Assembly: GCA_964016885.1 (NCBI GenBank) | Contig: OZ024741.1 | Coordinates: forward strand, 105,772,001-105,836,000 | Length of the DNA stretch: 64,000 bases | Reading direction: 5' to 3' | Source of the DNA: Eledone cirrhosa | Lineage: Eukaryota | In this document: piece by piece, positions 29,729-42,703 of the stretch | How positions within the stretch are numbered: position 1 is the stretch's first letter | How the letters are laid out: every line of letters starts with the position of its first letter | Notes under the pieces: generated by a model | What the model was told of the DNA's origin: nothing | Databases searched by the model: none | The model's input: the letters and a program-made list of their open reading frames with translations, nothing else | Made by a program: the position numbers and the translations under genes

Positions 29729-29773
29729 AATATTGAACTAGTTTCGTTGTTGTTACAACTCATCAGCAATATT
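29729..29773 (-). ncRNA. Minimal type I hammerhead ribozyme (also 30196-30240, 30663-30707, 31130-31174)
   Basis: AATATTG-CTGATGA-GTTGTAACAACAAC-GAAA-CTAG-TT-CAATATT read on the minus strand. Confidence 0.88.
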
Positions 29774-31691
29774 TACCTATCTTCCGGCCTCTCTAGAGAA
29801 TCGTAAAAGCACATATCGTTATATGCTTTTTCTATGAAAATTAGTAGTGGGCAGACCAATTTGCATAGAGTGTGAGTAAGTACCGGTTCAACGGAGACGA
29901 TAAAAACAAATAACGAAACGAAATTAAACTTCGTTTCGTTTGTAACTCACTTTTGTATGACTGACGCTTAAACAATTAAGTTAAAGATGTACATCCATAT
30001 ATGTATACTGAAATACTAGTATGTATATGAATACACACACGTATACATATGTAGATGTACCAAGTTTTTTCACTGGTCACTTTACTGTGAGTGGCCAGCT
30101 ATTCTGTATGTAAACACACAGACAAACCGGTTTTTAGAGTCATACTGGTTTTTGAGGAAACACCTTTCCTCTATTCTCCAGAAAGCCAGACAAGGAATAT
30201 TGAACTAGTTTCGTTGTTGTTACAACTCATCAGCAATATTTACCTATCTTCCGGCCTCTCTAGAGAATCGTAAAAGCACATATCGTTATATGCTTTTTCT
30301 ATGAAAATTAGTAGTGGGCAGACCAATTTGCATAGAGTGTGAGTAAGTACCGGTTCAACGGAGACGATAAAAACAAATAACGAAACGAAATTAAACTTCG
30401 TTTCGTTTGTAACTCACTTTTGTATGACTGACGCTTAAACAATTAAGTTAAAGATGTACATCCATATATGTATACTGAAATACTAGTATGTATATGAATA
30501 CACACACGTATACATATGTAGATGTACCAAGTTTTTTCACTGGTCACTTTACTGTGAGTGGCCAGCTATTCTGTATGTAAACACACAGACAAACCGGTTT
30601 TTAGAGTCATACTGGTTTTTGAGGAAACACCTTTCCTCTATTCTCCAGAAAGCCAGACAAGGAATATTGAACTAGTTTCGTTGTTGTTACAACTCATCAG
30701 CAATATTTACCTATCTTCCGGCCTCTCTAGAGAATCGTAAAAGCACATATCGTTATATGCTTTTTCTATGAAAATTAGTAGTGGGCAGACCAATTTGCAT
30801 AGAGTGTGAGTAAGTACCGGTTCAACGGAGACGATAAAAACAAATAACGAAACGAAATTAAACTTCGTTTCGTTTGTAACTCACTTTTGTATGACTGACG
30901 CTTAAACAATTAAGTTAAAGATGTACATCCATATATGTATACTGAAATACTAGTATGTATATGAATACACACACGTATACATATGTAGATGTACCAAGTT
31001 TTTTCACTGGTCACTTTACTGTGAGTGGCCAGCTATTCTGTATGTAAACACACAGACAAACCGGTTTTTAGAGTCATACTGGTTTTTGAGGAAACACCTT
31101 TCCTCTATTCTCCAGAAAGCCAGACAAGGAATATTGAACTAGTTTCGTTGTTGTTACAACTCATCAGCAATATTTACCTATCTTCCGGCCTCTCTAGAGA
31201 ATCGTAAAAGCACATATCGTTATATGCTTTTTCTATGAAAATTAGTAGTGGGCAGACCAATTTGCATAGAGTGTGAGTAAGTACCGGTTCATAGAGGAAA
31301 GGTGTTTCCTCAAAAACCAGTATGACTCTAAAAACCGGTTTGTCTGTGTGTTTACATACAGAATAGCTGGCCACTCACAGTAAAGTGACCAGTGAAAAAA
31401 CTTGGTACATCTACATATGTATACGTGTGTGTATTCATATACATACTAGTATTTCAGTATACATATATGGATGTACATCTTTAACTTAATTGTTTAAGCG
31501 TCAGTCATACAAAAGTGAGTTACAAACGAAACGAAGTTTAATTTCGTTTCGTTATTTGTTTTTATCGTCTCCGTTGAACCGGTACTTACTCACACTCTAT
31601 GCAAATTGGTCTGCCCACTACTAATTTTCATAGAAAAAGCATATAACGATATGTGCTTTTACGATTCTCTAGAGAGGCCGGAAGATAGGTA

Positions 31692-31736
31692 AATATTGCT
31701 GATGAGTTGTAACAACAACGAAACTAGTTCAATATT
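31692..31736 (+). ncRNA. Minimal type I hammerhead ribozyme (also 32159-32203, 32626-32670)
   Basis: Stem I AATATTG/CAATATT, core CUGAUGA, stem II GTTGT/ACAAC with a 4-nt loop, GAAA, palindromic stem III ACTAGT and a GUU cleavage triplet. Confidence 0.88.
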
Positions 31737-32959
31737 CCTTGTCTGGCTTTCTGGAGAATAGAGGAAAGGTGTTTCCTCAAAAACCAGTATGACTCTAAAA
31801 ACCGGTTTGTCTGTGTGTTTACATACAGAATAGCTGGCCACTCACAGTAAAGTGACCAGTGAAAAAACTTGGTACATCTACATATGTATACGTGTGTGTA
31901 TTCATATACATACTAGTATTTCAGTATACATATATGGATGTACATCTTTAACTTAATTGTTTAAGCGTCAGTCATACAAAAGTGAGTTACAAACGAAACG
32001 AAGTTTAATTTCGTTTCGTTATTTGTTTTTATCGTCTCCGTTGAACCGGTACTTACTCACACTCTATGCAAATTGGTCTGCCCACTACTAATTTTCATAG
32101 AAAAAGCATATAACGATATGTGCTTTTACGATTCTCTAGAGAGGCCGGAAGATAGGTAAATATTGCTGATGAGTTGTAACAACAACGAAACTAGTTCAAT
32201 ATTCCTTGTCTGGCTTTCTGGAGAATAGAGGAAAGGTGTTTCCTCAAAAACCAGTATGACTCTAAAAACCGGTTTGTCTGTGTGTTTACATACAGAATAG
32301 CTGGCCACTCACAGTAAAGTGACCAGTGAAAAAACTTGGTACATCTACATATGTATACGTGTGTGTATTCATATACATACTAGTATTTCAGTATACATAT
32401 ATGGATGTACATCTTTAACTTAATTGTTTAAGCGTCAGTCATACAAAAGTGAGTTACAAACGAAACGAAGTTTAATTTCGTTTCGTTATTTGTTTTTATC
32501 GTCTCCGTTGAACCGGTACTTACTCACACTCTATGCAAATTGGTCTGCCCACTACTAATTTTCATAGAAAAAGCATATAACGATATGTGCTTTTACGATT
32601 CTCTAGAGAGGCCGGAAGATAGGTAAATATTGCTGATGAGTTGTAACAACAACGAAACTAGTTCAATATTCCTTGTCTGGCTTTCTGGAGAATAGAGGAA
32701 AGGTGTTTCCTCAAAAACCAGTATGACTCTAAAAACCGGTTTGTCTGTGTGTTTACATACAGAATAGCTGGCCACTCACAGTAAAGTGACCAGTGAAAAA
32801 ACTTGGTACATCTACATATGTATACGTGTGTGTATTCATATACATACTAGTATTTCAGTATACATATATGGATGTACATCTTTAACTTAATTGTTTAAGC
32901 GTCAGTCATACAAAAGTGAGTTACAAACGAAACGAAGTTTAATTTCGTTTCGTTATTTG

Positions 32960-32990
<31 letters not shown>

Positions 32991-33228
32991 CATCATTTGA
33001 TGTCCATTTTACTTGGTAATACATATAATAAAATTTTATGATGTGAAGACATTTCTTTATATATATAGAATAAGAGTTACTAGTTTAGACTAGTTAGACT
33101 ATTGTTCAGCTTAGTACTCGATACTTAAGAAAGTAGAAAGTATGTATTGTAATGAGTTTCTGCCTGACAGATGAGCTCTTGCTGTTTCGACGGTGAGTGG
33201 TTAACTAGTTATAATATATATATATTTA

Positions 33229-33690
33229 TCATCATCATCATCATCATTGTTGATTAACGTCCATCTTCTATGCTCGCATGGGTTAGACGGGTCCTATTTT
33301 GAGGCAAGTTGTGTTGGCTGACCATGTCTCACTCATATAGGGGTGTTTCTGGCTGGTTTTCTACGGCTGCATGCCCCTCCTAACGCCAACCACATTTACA
33401 GTGTGGGCTGGGGGCAGAGGGTTGTGGAGGAACATACTGTACATATGCTTCAGCTTGTGCTCATGGGAAGTCAGGTCTTCTGTATTACTGCATATCGCGA
33501 GAGATCTCAGTCAAGTGTCATCTCCTCTGAGAGGTGCAATTGGGCAAGGTCGGCTGTTACTGCCACATCCCAAGTCTTCCTGGGTCTCCCCACTCCAAGG
33601 CTTCCAACGACTTTCAGTGCTCTGCACTTTTTTATGCAGCTGTCATCCTTCATACGCAATACATATCTATATCAACGCAATCTCCTCCCT
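33229..33690 (-). mobile_element. RTE LINE 3' fragment with (GAT)n tail
   Basis: (CAT)n, then the shared RTE 3' UTR and the reverse of GVGRPRKTWD. Confidence 0.8.
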
Positions 33691-33707
33691 TTATATTTAT
33701 ATATATA

Positions 33708-33762
<55 letters not shown>

Positions 33763-33765
<3 letters not shown>

Positions 33766-34641
33766 GGTGCGGACGATATTTGTTCGCAATTTTCAACTGG
33801 TAATTTTATGCAAATTTTTTTTACTTCCGTTGTTACACTTGTCTGACTATATTTCCATTATTTATTTTCAGAATAATTGATTATGAATAATTTTGAACCT
33901 CCAAATTTGTGGAAAAGACACAGAGTTCTTCTTGAAATCCACGCCGGGAGGACAAATAAGACCAGCAGATCAACTCCCAGTACAACAGGTGGCTCGCTGT
34001 CTCATCCAAAGACGTGCCCAGAGTCATGCAGACAAAGTTTCCAGTGACAACATTGGTCTTAGGTGTCGTCAGCAGTCATGGTGACGTCATGCCACCTCAC
34101 TTCTTCTCTGAGGGCTTCGAGCTGAACACCGATGGCTACATCCGCGTTCTGAGCGAGGTAGTAAAGCCCTGGATCGACCAAGTAGCTGCAGGTAGGCCGT
34201 ACGTATGGTAGCAAGAATCAGCGCGCTGCCATACCAGGCGAAAGACCCAAGCCTGGCTGTCAGAGAACTTCATCGACCACACTTCACCTGACATCTGGTC
34301 TCCCAGCTTGCCTGACTGCAACTCCCTCGACTTCTTTGTGTGGGGCACAGTGGAACGAGACACCAACAGATCTAGCTGCAATACGAAAGACGATCTGAAG
34401 GCCAGGATCACAAGTGCCTTTAGGGGCCTAAGTCGGAGGACAGTGACGAAGGTCTGTAGTCGGTTCCGAGGCCGCCTTGAGGCCGTCATCAAAGCCAATG
34501 GTGGGTTTATCAAGTGAGATCGAAAGAACAAGTCATGAAGACAAACTGAACCAAGTTTGATAAATAAATCTTAAAAAATAAAACTACTGTGTTAATTTTC
34601 CCTAGACAGTAATCTTGCGAACAAATATCGTCCGCACTCTG
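33763..34641 (+). mobile_element. Internally deleted Tc1/mariner, DD37D (maT)-type, inserted in (TA)n
   Basis: 27-bp TIRs CAGGGTGCGGACGATATTTGTTCGCAA / TTGCGAACAAATATCGTCCGCACTCTG (one mismatch), flanked by TA. The transposase C-terminus PYVW*QESARCH...WSPSLPDCNSLDFFVWG has 37-residue spacing. Confidence 0.92.
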
Positions 34642-34717
34642 TATATATATATATATATATATATAAATTATAGTTGGGAAATGCAAATAAGATAAAGAAA
34701 TATATCTTCAGTATATA

Positions 34718-37325
34718 TATCATCATCATCATCATCATCATCATTGTTTAACGCCCATCTTCCACGCTAGCAAAGGTTAGATGGTTTTGTTCCATTTGAT
34801 GTGGGATTGGTCGGGAGACCGTGTCTCGCTTGTACGGAAGTGTCTCTGGCAGATTTTCTATGGCTGGATGCCTTTTCTAACACCAACCACTTTTACAGTG
34901 TGGACTGGGAGCCTTTTTACCATGTCTCCTACACGACCACTTTACAGTGTGGACTGGGTGCTTTTTATTGTGTCACTGACACAGTGGACAGAAATGGGAG
35001 GATGGGGTAGGGTGTGGGGGTGGGGTGTATATTGTGTTAAGAGGTGCCTAATGACTCTAGGTTTGTATGCAAGGGAAGATGGGTCTTCTGTACAACTGCA
35101 TGGCGCCAAAGACCTTGATTCAGTGACATTGTCTTAGATAGGTGTAAGCAAGGTCAGTTTTTATCACCTCGTCCCAGGTTTTTCTTGGTCTACCCACTCC
35201 GTAGCTTCCATCAATTTTCATTGCTCTGCACTGTTTTATACAGCTGTCGTTCTTCATGTGCATCACATAGCCATACCAACACAATCTCCTCTCCAGAACA
35301 CAACATTTGATATCTCTTATGCTTAGTCTCTCTCTCAATTCGTTTATGTTTCGCCATTCGTGCACATTACTATTACACATCCATCAGAGCATGCAAGCTT
35401 CATTTCTTTCTAATCTACGCAAGTCTTCAGCACACAATGCCCAGGTCTCACTACCATGTAATATTGCCATTCATATACAAGCATCATACAATCTGCCTTT
35501 CACTTTTAGAGAAAAACCCCTGGTGGCCAACAGCGGTATTAGCTCTCTGAACTTTTTTCATCCCGTTTTAACTCTGGCTACTACAATTTCAGAGCACCCT
35601 CCTACACTGCTGATTTTGTGACCCAGGTAAGGGAAAGTGTCTACTATTTCTATAGAACTATCTGGCAGTTGAACGAGATAGCATCCAGTGGGTCCTTACT
35701 ACTTACTGCACCTGAGCATCAGCCACATATAAAATCTACATTCTTAAATAGCTTACCTGTGATCCCACTACATCTTTTATGTACTCATAGTTGGCATTTG
35801 GAGCATAGAATGGAATTTCTACCTATTCCTTTCTTACACACTGAACATGGCCATTTCCCAGAGGGCACCTGTGCCCTATTCTCCTTTCTACATACTAGAA
35901 CTTTAGTCTTAGACAAGTTAATTCTAAGGCCTTTTGATTCTAAGCCATGCTTCCATTTCTGAAACTTCTTCTCTCAGCCATAGATTCAGCTATGAGAGTT
36001 AGATCATCTGCATATAGAAGTTTCCATGGGTAGCCAGTCTTAAACCCTTCTGGTATAGCCTGTAGGATAATAATAAACAGGAGGGAGCTAAGGACGGAGC
36101 CCTGGGGAACCCCTACTATTATGCTAAATTCTTCACTATATTCATTGTTAATTCTAACCTTGCTGACTGTTCCTCTATACATGGCTTGTATAGCTCTCAC
36201 AAGCCATTCATCTGCTCCTAGTTTTCTAAGAGCCCACCAGATTAAGGTGTGTGGGACTCTGTCAAAGGCTTTCTCCAAGTCAAAAAAAGCTAAATAGAGG
36301 GGTTTACCTTTAGCTAGGTACTTCTCCTGTAGTTGCTGTACAAGGAAAAGAGCATCCGTGGTGCTTTTACCTGGCACAAACCAAAACTGCATTTCATCTA
36401 GATCAATTTGGTCTCTAATCAGTTGAGTAATAACTCTTTCTGTGACTTTCATGAACTGGTCAACCAACTTAATGCCCCTATAGTTTCCTCTATCCAGGGC
36501 GTCTCCTTTGCCTTGTAACAGATGATGATGATGCTGCTATGCCAGCCATTCTGTATTACTTGATTTACTACCCGGGTGACCATAGTATGTCCCACCATTC
36601 CAGATACCTTCAACATTTCAGCAACTATCCCCCGAAGGCCCAGCTGCCTTGTCTGTCTTCATATTTTTTGCCTTACTTACTATACTACCATTAACTTGCA
36701 TAGCTGTTCCTTCTGTTGGATCAATGTGGAGCAGACTATCTTTATTCCATTCATTCTCCTCATTCAGTAGTCTCTTGTAGCGACACTTCCAAGCTACCTC
36801 CTTATCAGTATCAGTGAGGGCAAGTATACCATCGTCATTATGAACACACATCTCCCCGACAATATCACAATTCTCCTTGACACATTGTCTGGCAATCCTA
36901 AACACCTCATGTCTTTGATCCTTGCATTGTAGAATATGCTTGAACTTACTATCCTCTACTTCCCTCTTTGCAAAGTATACTTGTTGTCTAGCTTCTCTCC
37001 TAGCTACCCAATAGAGTTCTCTACTACCCCCATCCTGCCATTCTTTCCAATCCTTCTTTTTGCCCTTGATGGACTCCTCCACCTTACTGTTCCACCACCA
37101 CGTCACTCTCCTCCTGCCTAACGGTCTGCTCCAGCCACAGATTTCATCAGTCGCCTCCTTCAACAGGTTAACTTTCAGGAATTCCCACTGTTTCTCTATA
37201 TTGTATGTCTCTAATTGCTCTTCCTTACTATCAAAAGCATCAAGCAATATGCTTTTAAATTTGTTACTGGCTGTGGGGTTCTTCAACTTCCATAATCTTC
37301 TCCACAAGCTGCTGTGTGGTTACTA
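34718..37325 (-). mobile_element. RTE LINE, 5'-truncated and degenerate
   Basis: TWWWNSKVEE, DLEKAFDRVP, GVPQGSVLS, LLYADD, RRLCWYG and GRPRKTW, with a (GAT)n tail. Confidence 0.92.
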
Positions 37326-37920
37326 AAAATTAGTGTTTAGAAATATAAGGAACACACAAACAAAGGACAGATCCCCTCTTCAATTGTCTGCTGTGGGTCT
37401 CGGACGTTTTGACACATCAAAGATAATACATCTATCCACAGTGCGTCAATAACTGTAAAGTTATTGGGGAAAGAAAAGACAAGGAGATGATGATGAACAG
37501 AAGAAAAAAACACAGAAAACATACCGATAGAGAGGGGGAAACACGAGGAGTAGCACATGTATGTAGCAGTAACCAAAGGGAGAGAGGGGAAGACGTTAAA
37601 CTGGCGGTGGGCGTAAGCCCTGGGACCTTATTAACAGCGAGATGGAGAGCGAAAAGAAATACATCTGTTCATGGTGAGAACAGGCGTAAAGAGGGAGAGA
37701 CTCATCATCATCATCATCATCGTTTAATGTCTGTTTTCCATACTTGCATGGATTAGACGGGTTGTCTCATTAGAGGCAAGTTGGGTCAGATGACTGTGTC
37801 TTGCTCATATAGGACTGTTACTGGCTAATTTCTACGGCTGTATTCCCTTCCTAATGCAAACCACATTTACAGTGTGGGCTGGGTGCTTTTTGTCACGACT
37901 CCTACTCGACTACTTTATAT

Positions 37921-37961
<41 letters not shown>

Positions 37962-38427
37962 CATATATATATTTTATAACAAGCTAACCATATATATAAA
38001 TGACACTGGTGCACTTAGTATCATTGATGCTCAAAAGAAAGAAGCCTGAAAATGCTACTATGAGAGGTTAATGAATGTGGAGAATGAGATGAAGGGAGAG
38101 TACCCCATACTGACCCAACCGAGAGACCAACTATCGAAATAGACAGTTATAGTGCCAAAGAAGCATTCTGAGATAGTCGCTGAGATACTGAAAGCATCTG
38201 GGGACATAGGAGTTGAACTAGTTACCCGCATAAACAATTAGATAATACAGTTGCCCTTTTCTAGAGTATCATCTTTTACCCAATGACTAGTGCAACAGCA
38301 TAAGCATTAATGGCTATAAGGTAAAAGTTGATACTCTAGAAAATGGCAACTACAGGGATATATAACTAACAGATCAAGTTATGAAAGTGACAGAAAGTGT
38401 TCTTGCACAACTAATTAACGAAAGAAT

Positions 38428-41400
38428 TGTGGGTATGGTGTGGCGTGCGGTGGCCGGAGGCGGGGGAGTGCTCGACCGGAAGGGTGTGTGGAGTGCTCGA
38501 CCGGAAGGGGTTTTTGGCCGGAAGGGCCAGCAGAGGGCCTCTCTCCAGTGGTGACCAGCACACGGTGTGGACGCGAGTTTTGGGCAGCTCCCGGTGTTAA
38601 GCAGTTGGACGCACGTGGAAGAGGAGTACCTGCGGTGGAATTTAGCGGCGCCTGTGAAAAGCGGTAAGTGAGATAGCTTTTTCTAACCACAAGCTATTTC
38701 GGCGACTGAAAAAAAAAAAAAAAAAAAAAAAAACACTTGCCGCAAGACAAATCAGAAGATGGCGACAAGACTACGGATGAACGAAGCTATCAGGGCATTC
38801 ACCGGGGAAGGTGATGTTGTCGCTTGGCTGCGGAAGGTGCGGCTGGTCGCAAGCTTGCAGAAGATAGAGGACGTGGCCGGCCTCATGTCATTGTACCTCG
38901 AGGGCGACGCGCTGGTACTCTTCCTTGAGTTGGACGAGCACAGCCAAAGAGATGTGCAGAAGATTGAGAGGCGTCTGATGGATGCATTCGCCGAGGGACC
39001 GTTGGCGGCTTTTGCTAAGCTGGCGAGAATCAGGTGGAATGGTGAGCGCGTCAACATTTTCGCAGCGGAAATAAGGCGGTTGGCTATGTTGGCCGGTTAC
39101 CAGGCGGAATGCGAACGCACGGTGCGGTTGGCGTTCATCAATGGATTTCCGGACGACATAGCGGTGAAACTGCAGCAAGTCCCGGGGTATAAAGAGATGG
39201 AAATGCGTTCACTGGTGGAACAAGCCCGGATCATAGCGGAAGATGCCAAAAAGAGTGTTGCAGCGATAGCAACTACGGAGGCTCAGGACACCCGGCAGCG
39301 AAATGGCGAAAGGGAGGCAACCTCGGCTCGTGGCCGTCCGCATGCGTTTAGGGGGCGCTGTTTTCGGTGCTAGGGCCCGCATATGGCTAGGGACTGTAGA
39401 GAGTCGAAGCCGGAGATAATTTGCTACCGGTGTAAGCGACCAGGCCACATCGCTACTAACTGCGACCAGGGAAACGATCCAAGGGGAACTACTGCGCCGG
39501 TAGTTGCCCCTTACGAGTAGCGGCGCTGCCCGTGGTGGAAGTCTTCGTGAGGGGGGAAGCCACAGCGAGCCCTCGTGGATACGGGCTGTACGACGACACT
39601 GGTGACCGCGGAGGTGGGGAGGGAAGAGCAGCGTAAGGGCAGTCGACGGCAGGAAAATTGAATGCCGAGGTCGCAGCGAGATGGAAATAGCGGTACGGGG
39701 AAGGAGGATAAGGCTTTCCGCCATCGTGGTAGACAGTGTGGTGGATGGGATCGGCGTGGTTATGGGCATGGACGCGATTGGCCGTCTAGGGGGCGTCACG
39801 GTGAACAATGTCGGTGTGTCGTTTGGCGCCGCTGCATCGGTATGCGCTGTGAGTGCACGTCATGAGAACCAGAAGGCCCACGAGGAGGAATACCCCGCTT
39901 ACACTGTACAGGACAAAGACTTCAAGGCCGTGTTTGATGGGCAGCGATGGGTTGTTGAGTGGTACTGGAAGGGAGAACCACCAACACTGAAGACCAAAGT
40001 GGGCTGCTATCAACACACATTGAAGGGAAACGCTAGGAGCGAGTTCGAGCGAGAAGTAGAGAGATGGATCGAAGAGGGCATACTGCTTCCCTGGAAGGAG
40101 GAGGTGAAGTGCGGAGTATTGCCGTTGATGGCGGTGGTGCAACCCACGAAGAGCAAGGTGAGGCCGGTGCTGGACTATCGGGAGCTGAACGAGCACGTGT
40201 CATGCCACACGGGTGGCGAGGTCACGGATGTCTGTGGGAAAACCCTGCGTGAGTGGAGACGCATGACGGGGGGTTCAGCGATCGTGGATCTAAAGTCGGC
40301 TTACTTGAAGTTGCATATAGATGAGAAGCTCTGGCGGTATCAGCTGGTCAGGTATAAGGGCCGGACATATTGCCTGACCAGGCTCGGTTTCGGGCTGAGC
40401 TCCGCACCAAAGATCATGGCGGCGGTCCTCAAGACCGCTCTGGGGAGGGCCGACAAGATAAAGAGGGCTACTAACTCCTATATTGACGACATCCTAGTGG
40501 ACGAGTCGGTGGTGTCGCGGCGGAGGTCACGAGCCATTTGCGGAGGTATGGACTGACTGCGAAGCCATCAGAAGCATTGGAGGGAGGAGCCGCGCTGGGA
40601 CTTAGGCTACGGCGAGACAAGACGGGCGTTTTGGTGTTCCAGAGGAGAAACGAAGTTCCGGAACTGGGCCCAAGTATGAATAGGTGGGAGCTTTTCTCGG
40701 TGTGTGGAAAGCTGGTGGGTCACTACCCGATCGCTGGGTGGCTCCGGACGGCATGCAGCTATGTCAAGAGACGAGCGGGAGGGGTGACTTGGAGTGACAG
40801 AGTGGGAGAGAGGACGGTGGTCATGATGCAGGAGATCGTGGGGAGGGTGAAGGCCGACGACCCAGTGCGGGGACGCTGGTACGTTCCCAAATCACAGAGC
40901 GGGACCGTATGGTGCGATGCCAGCAGCATAGCGCTGGGTGTCACGTTGGCTTAGAAAGAAGGACGACTGCAGCCACATCAATGTGGCCGAGCTGGACGCG
41001 GTGTTGAGAGGGGTGAACCTCGCCCTGCGGTGGGGGCTGCGAACCATCGAGATACGCACCGACTCGGCTACTGTACTCGGATGGGTAAGATCAGTGCTCA
41101 TCAGTGAGAAGAGAGTGCGAACGAGAGGCGCGGCGGAGATGCTGATAAAGCGCCGCCTGGGAACGTTAGGAGAGCTGGCCACCGAGTTCGACCTGAAGCT
41201 GAGCATAGTGTTCGTGCCCTCAGAGAAAAATAGGGCGGACATCTTAACTAGAGTGAAGAAAGCCTGGATGGAAGCGCCGGAGGAGGTAGAGGATGAGATA
41301 GCTGCCATGTGTCGGCTGACCGAGTTAGACCTGAAGGGGTTGCATGACATGCACCACATGGGGGTGGATAGGAGCCTGTTCCTAGCCAGGAGAATTGACT

Positions 41401-42576
41401 CGGACGTTAGCAGACACAGTGTTCGGGGGGTGGTTAGAGGCTGCGTCCGATGTCAGTCCATTGATCCGGCCCCGGGTGTACACGAAACGGGAAGCCTCCC
41501 GGTGGATCGCGACTGGAAGCGATTAGCGGTGGATGTGACGCACTACCGGCAGGGAACGTACCTCTCGATGGTCGACTGTGGACCAGGTCGAATGGCGATA
41601 TGGAGGGAGATGAAGACTGGAACGGCCGAGGAAATCGTGCGGACGTTGAGAGAGGTGTTCTTGGAGCGGGGCCCTGTGGACGAACTGCTGATGGACAACA
41701 GCGCAGCGTTCCGCTCGGAGGCACTGAGGGAGATGCTCGATGGATGGAAGGTGGACCGTTTCTTCAGAGCGGCGCACAGGCCGAGCGGGAATGGAATCGT
41801 GGAGCGACACCACTGGACGATCAAGGCAATGGCGGAGCGGGGCCATATCTCACCAATGGAGGCAGTGTTCTGGTACAATATGTCCCCTCGGGTTGGACAG
41901 GTCGAGGAATCAGTGCCACATAGAACAGTATTCAAATACGAGTGGCGGCACCCGTGCACGCCACCACAACGGCCAGTGGGGAGAGAGAGTGCATTCGTGC
42001 AGGTGGGCGAAGAAGTCTGGGTTAAGTCCCCAGATGCACGTTGCACATCTCAATGGGGAAGGGGAACGGTGACGGCCGTAAATTCAAAGAACAATGTGTC
42101 CGTGGACGGGGTACCACGTCATGTCCTGGATGTAAGAAGAATCACTGTGTCGACGGACTCCGAGGAAGAGGAAACCCAAGATGAGGTGGAAACCCAGAGC
42201 TCTGCCCCAATACTATGAAGATCGCAACGAAGTCGTAGACCACCGACCTGGACAGCAGACTTTCATATGCAGAGGGACGAGGGGGAAATTGATCCTTGAG
42301 ATCAGGGGGGCGTGTGGGTATGGCGTGGCGTGCGGTGGCCGGAGGCGGGGGAGTGCTCGACCGGAAGGGTGTGTGGAGTGCTCGACCGGAAGGGGTTTTT
42401 GGCCGGAAGGGCCAGCAGAGGGTCTCTCTCCAGTGGTGACCAGCACACGGTGTGGACGCGAGTTTTGGGCAGCTCCCGGTGTTAAGCAGTTGGACGCACA
42501 TGGAAGAGGAGTACCTGCGGTGGAATTTAGCGGCGCCTGTGAAAAGCGGTAAGTGAGATAGCTTTTTCTAACCACA
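38428..42576 (+). mobile_element. Full-length Gypsy/Ty3 LTR retrotransposon (4149 bp), mutated
   Basis: 264-bp LTRs TGTGG...CCACA at 38428-38691 and 42313-42576 with 3 differences seen, and an AGAAT TSD on both sides. Gag has two CCHC knuckles, followed by protease LVDTGC, RT YIDD, RNase H (WCDAS, AELDA, TDS) and integrase (HH..CxxC, LAVDV, MDNS, GIVER). A G-rich PPT precedes the 3' LTR. One stop and about 3 frameshifts. Confidence 0.97.
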
Positions 42577-42703
42577 AGAATGAGATTAAATGAGATGCAG
42601 TTCAGTTTTATACCAGGGAGATGCCCTCTTTTTAGTAAGACAACTACAAGAGCAGTTCTTTGTTAAGAGTAAACCTCTATATCTAGCTTTTGTTAAACTA
42701 GAG

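Larger units (their letters stand above)
29507..32966. repeat. Inverted tandem array of 467-bp hammerhead-bearing units (retrozyme-like)
   Basis: Units start at 29507, 29974, 30441 and 30908 (about 3.8 copies). Orientation flips at 31291, followed by about 3.6 reverse copies to 32966. Both ends abut (TA)n, and copies look identical by eye. Confidence 0.97.

Noticed and set aside
29624-32775. Repeated 60-aa ORF MASYSVCKHTDK...
   Set aside because: It starts at GTG, is antisense to the ribozyme strand, has no recognisable motif, and recurs only because the DNA unit is repeated.
29507-32966. CRISPR array or ordinary satellite
   Set aside because: There are no unique spacers and the context is eukaryotic. 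The ribozyme, central inversion and (TA)n ends argue against a plain satellite.
38415-42575. Numerous antisense and alternate-frame ORFs in the Gypsy element
   Set aside because: They are expected by chance in GC-rich coding sequence and have no motifs.
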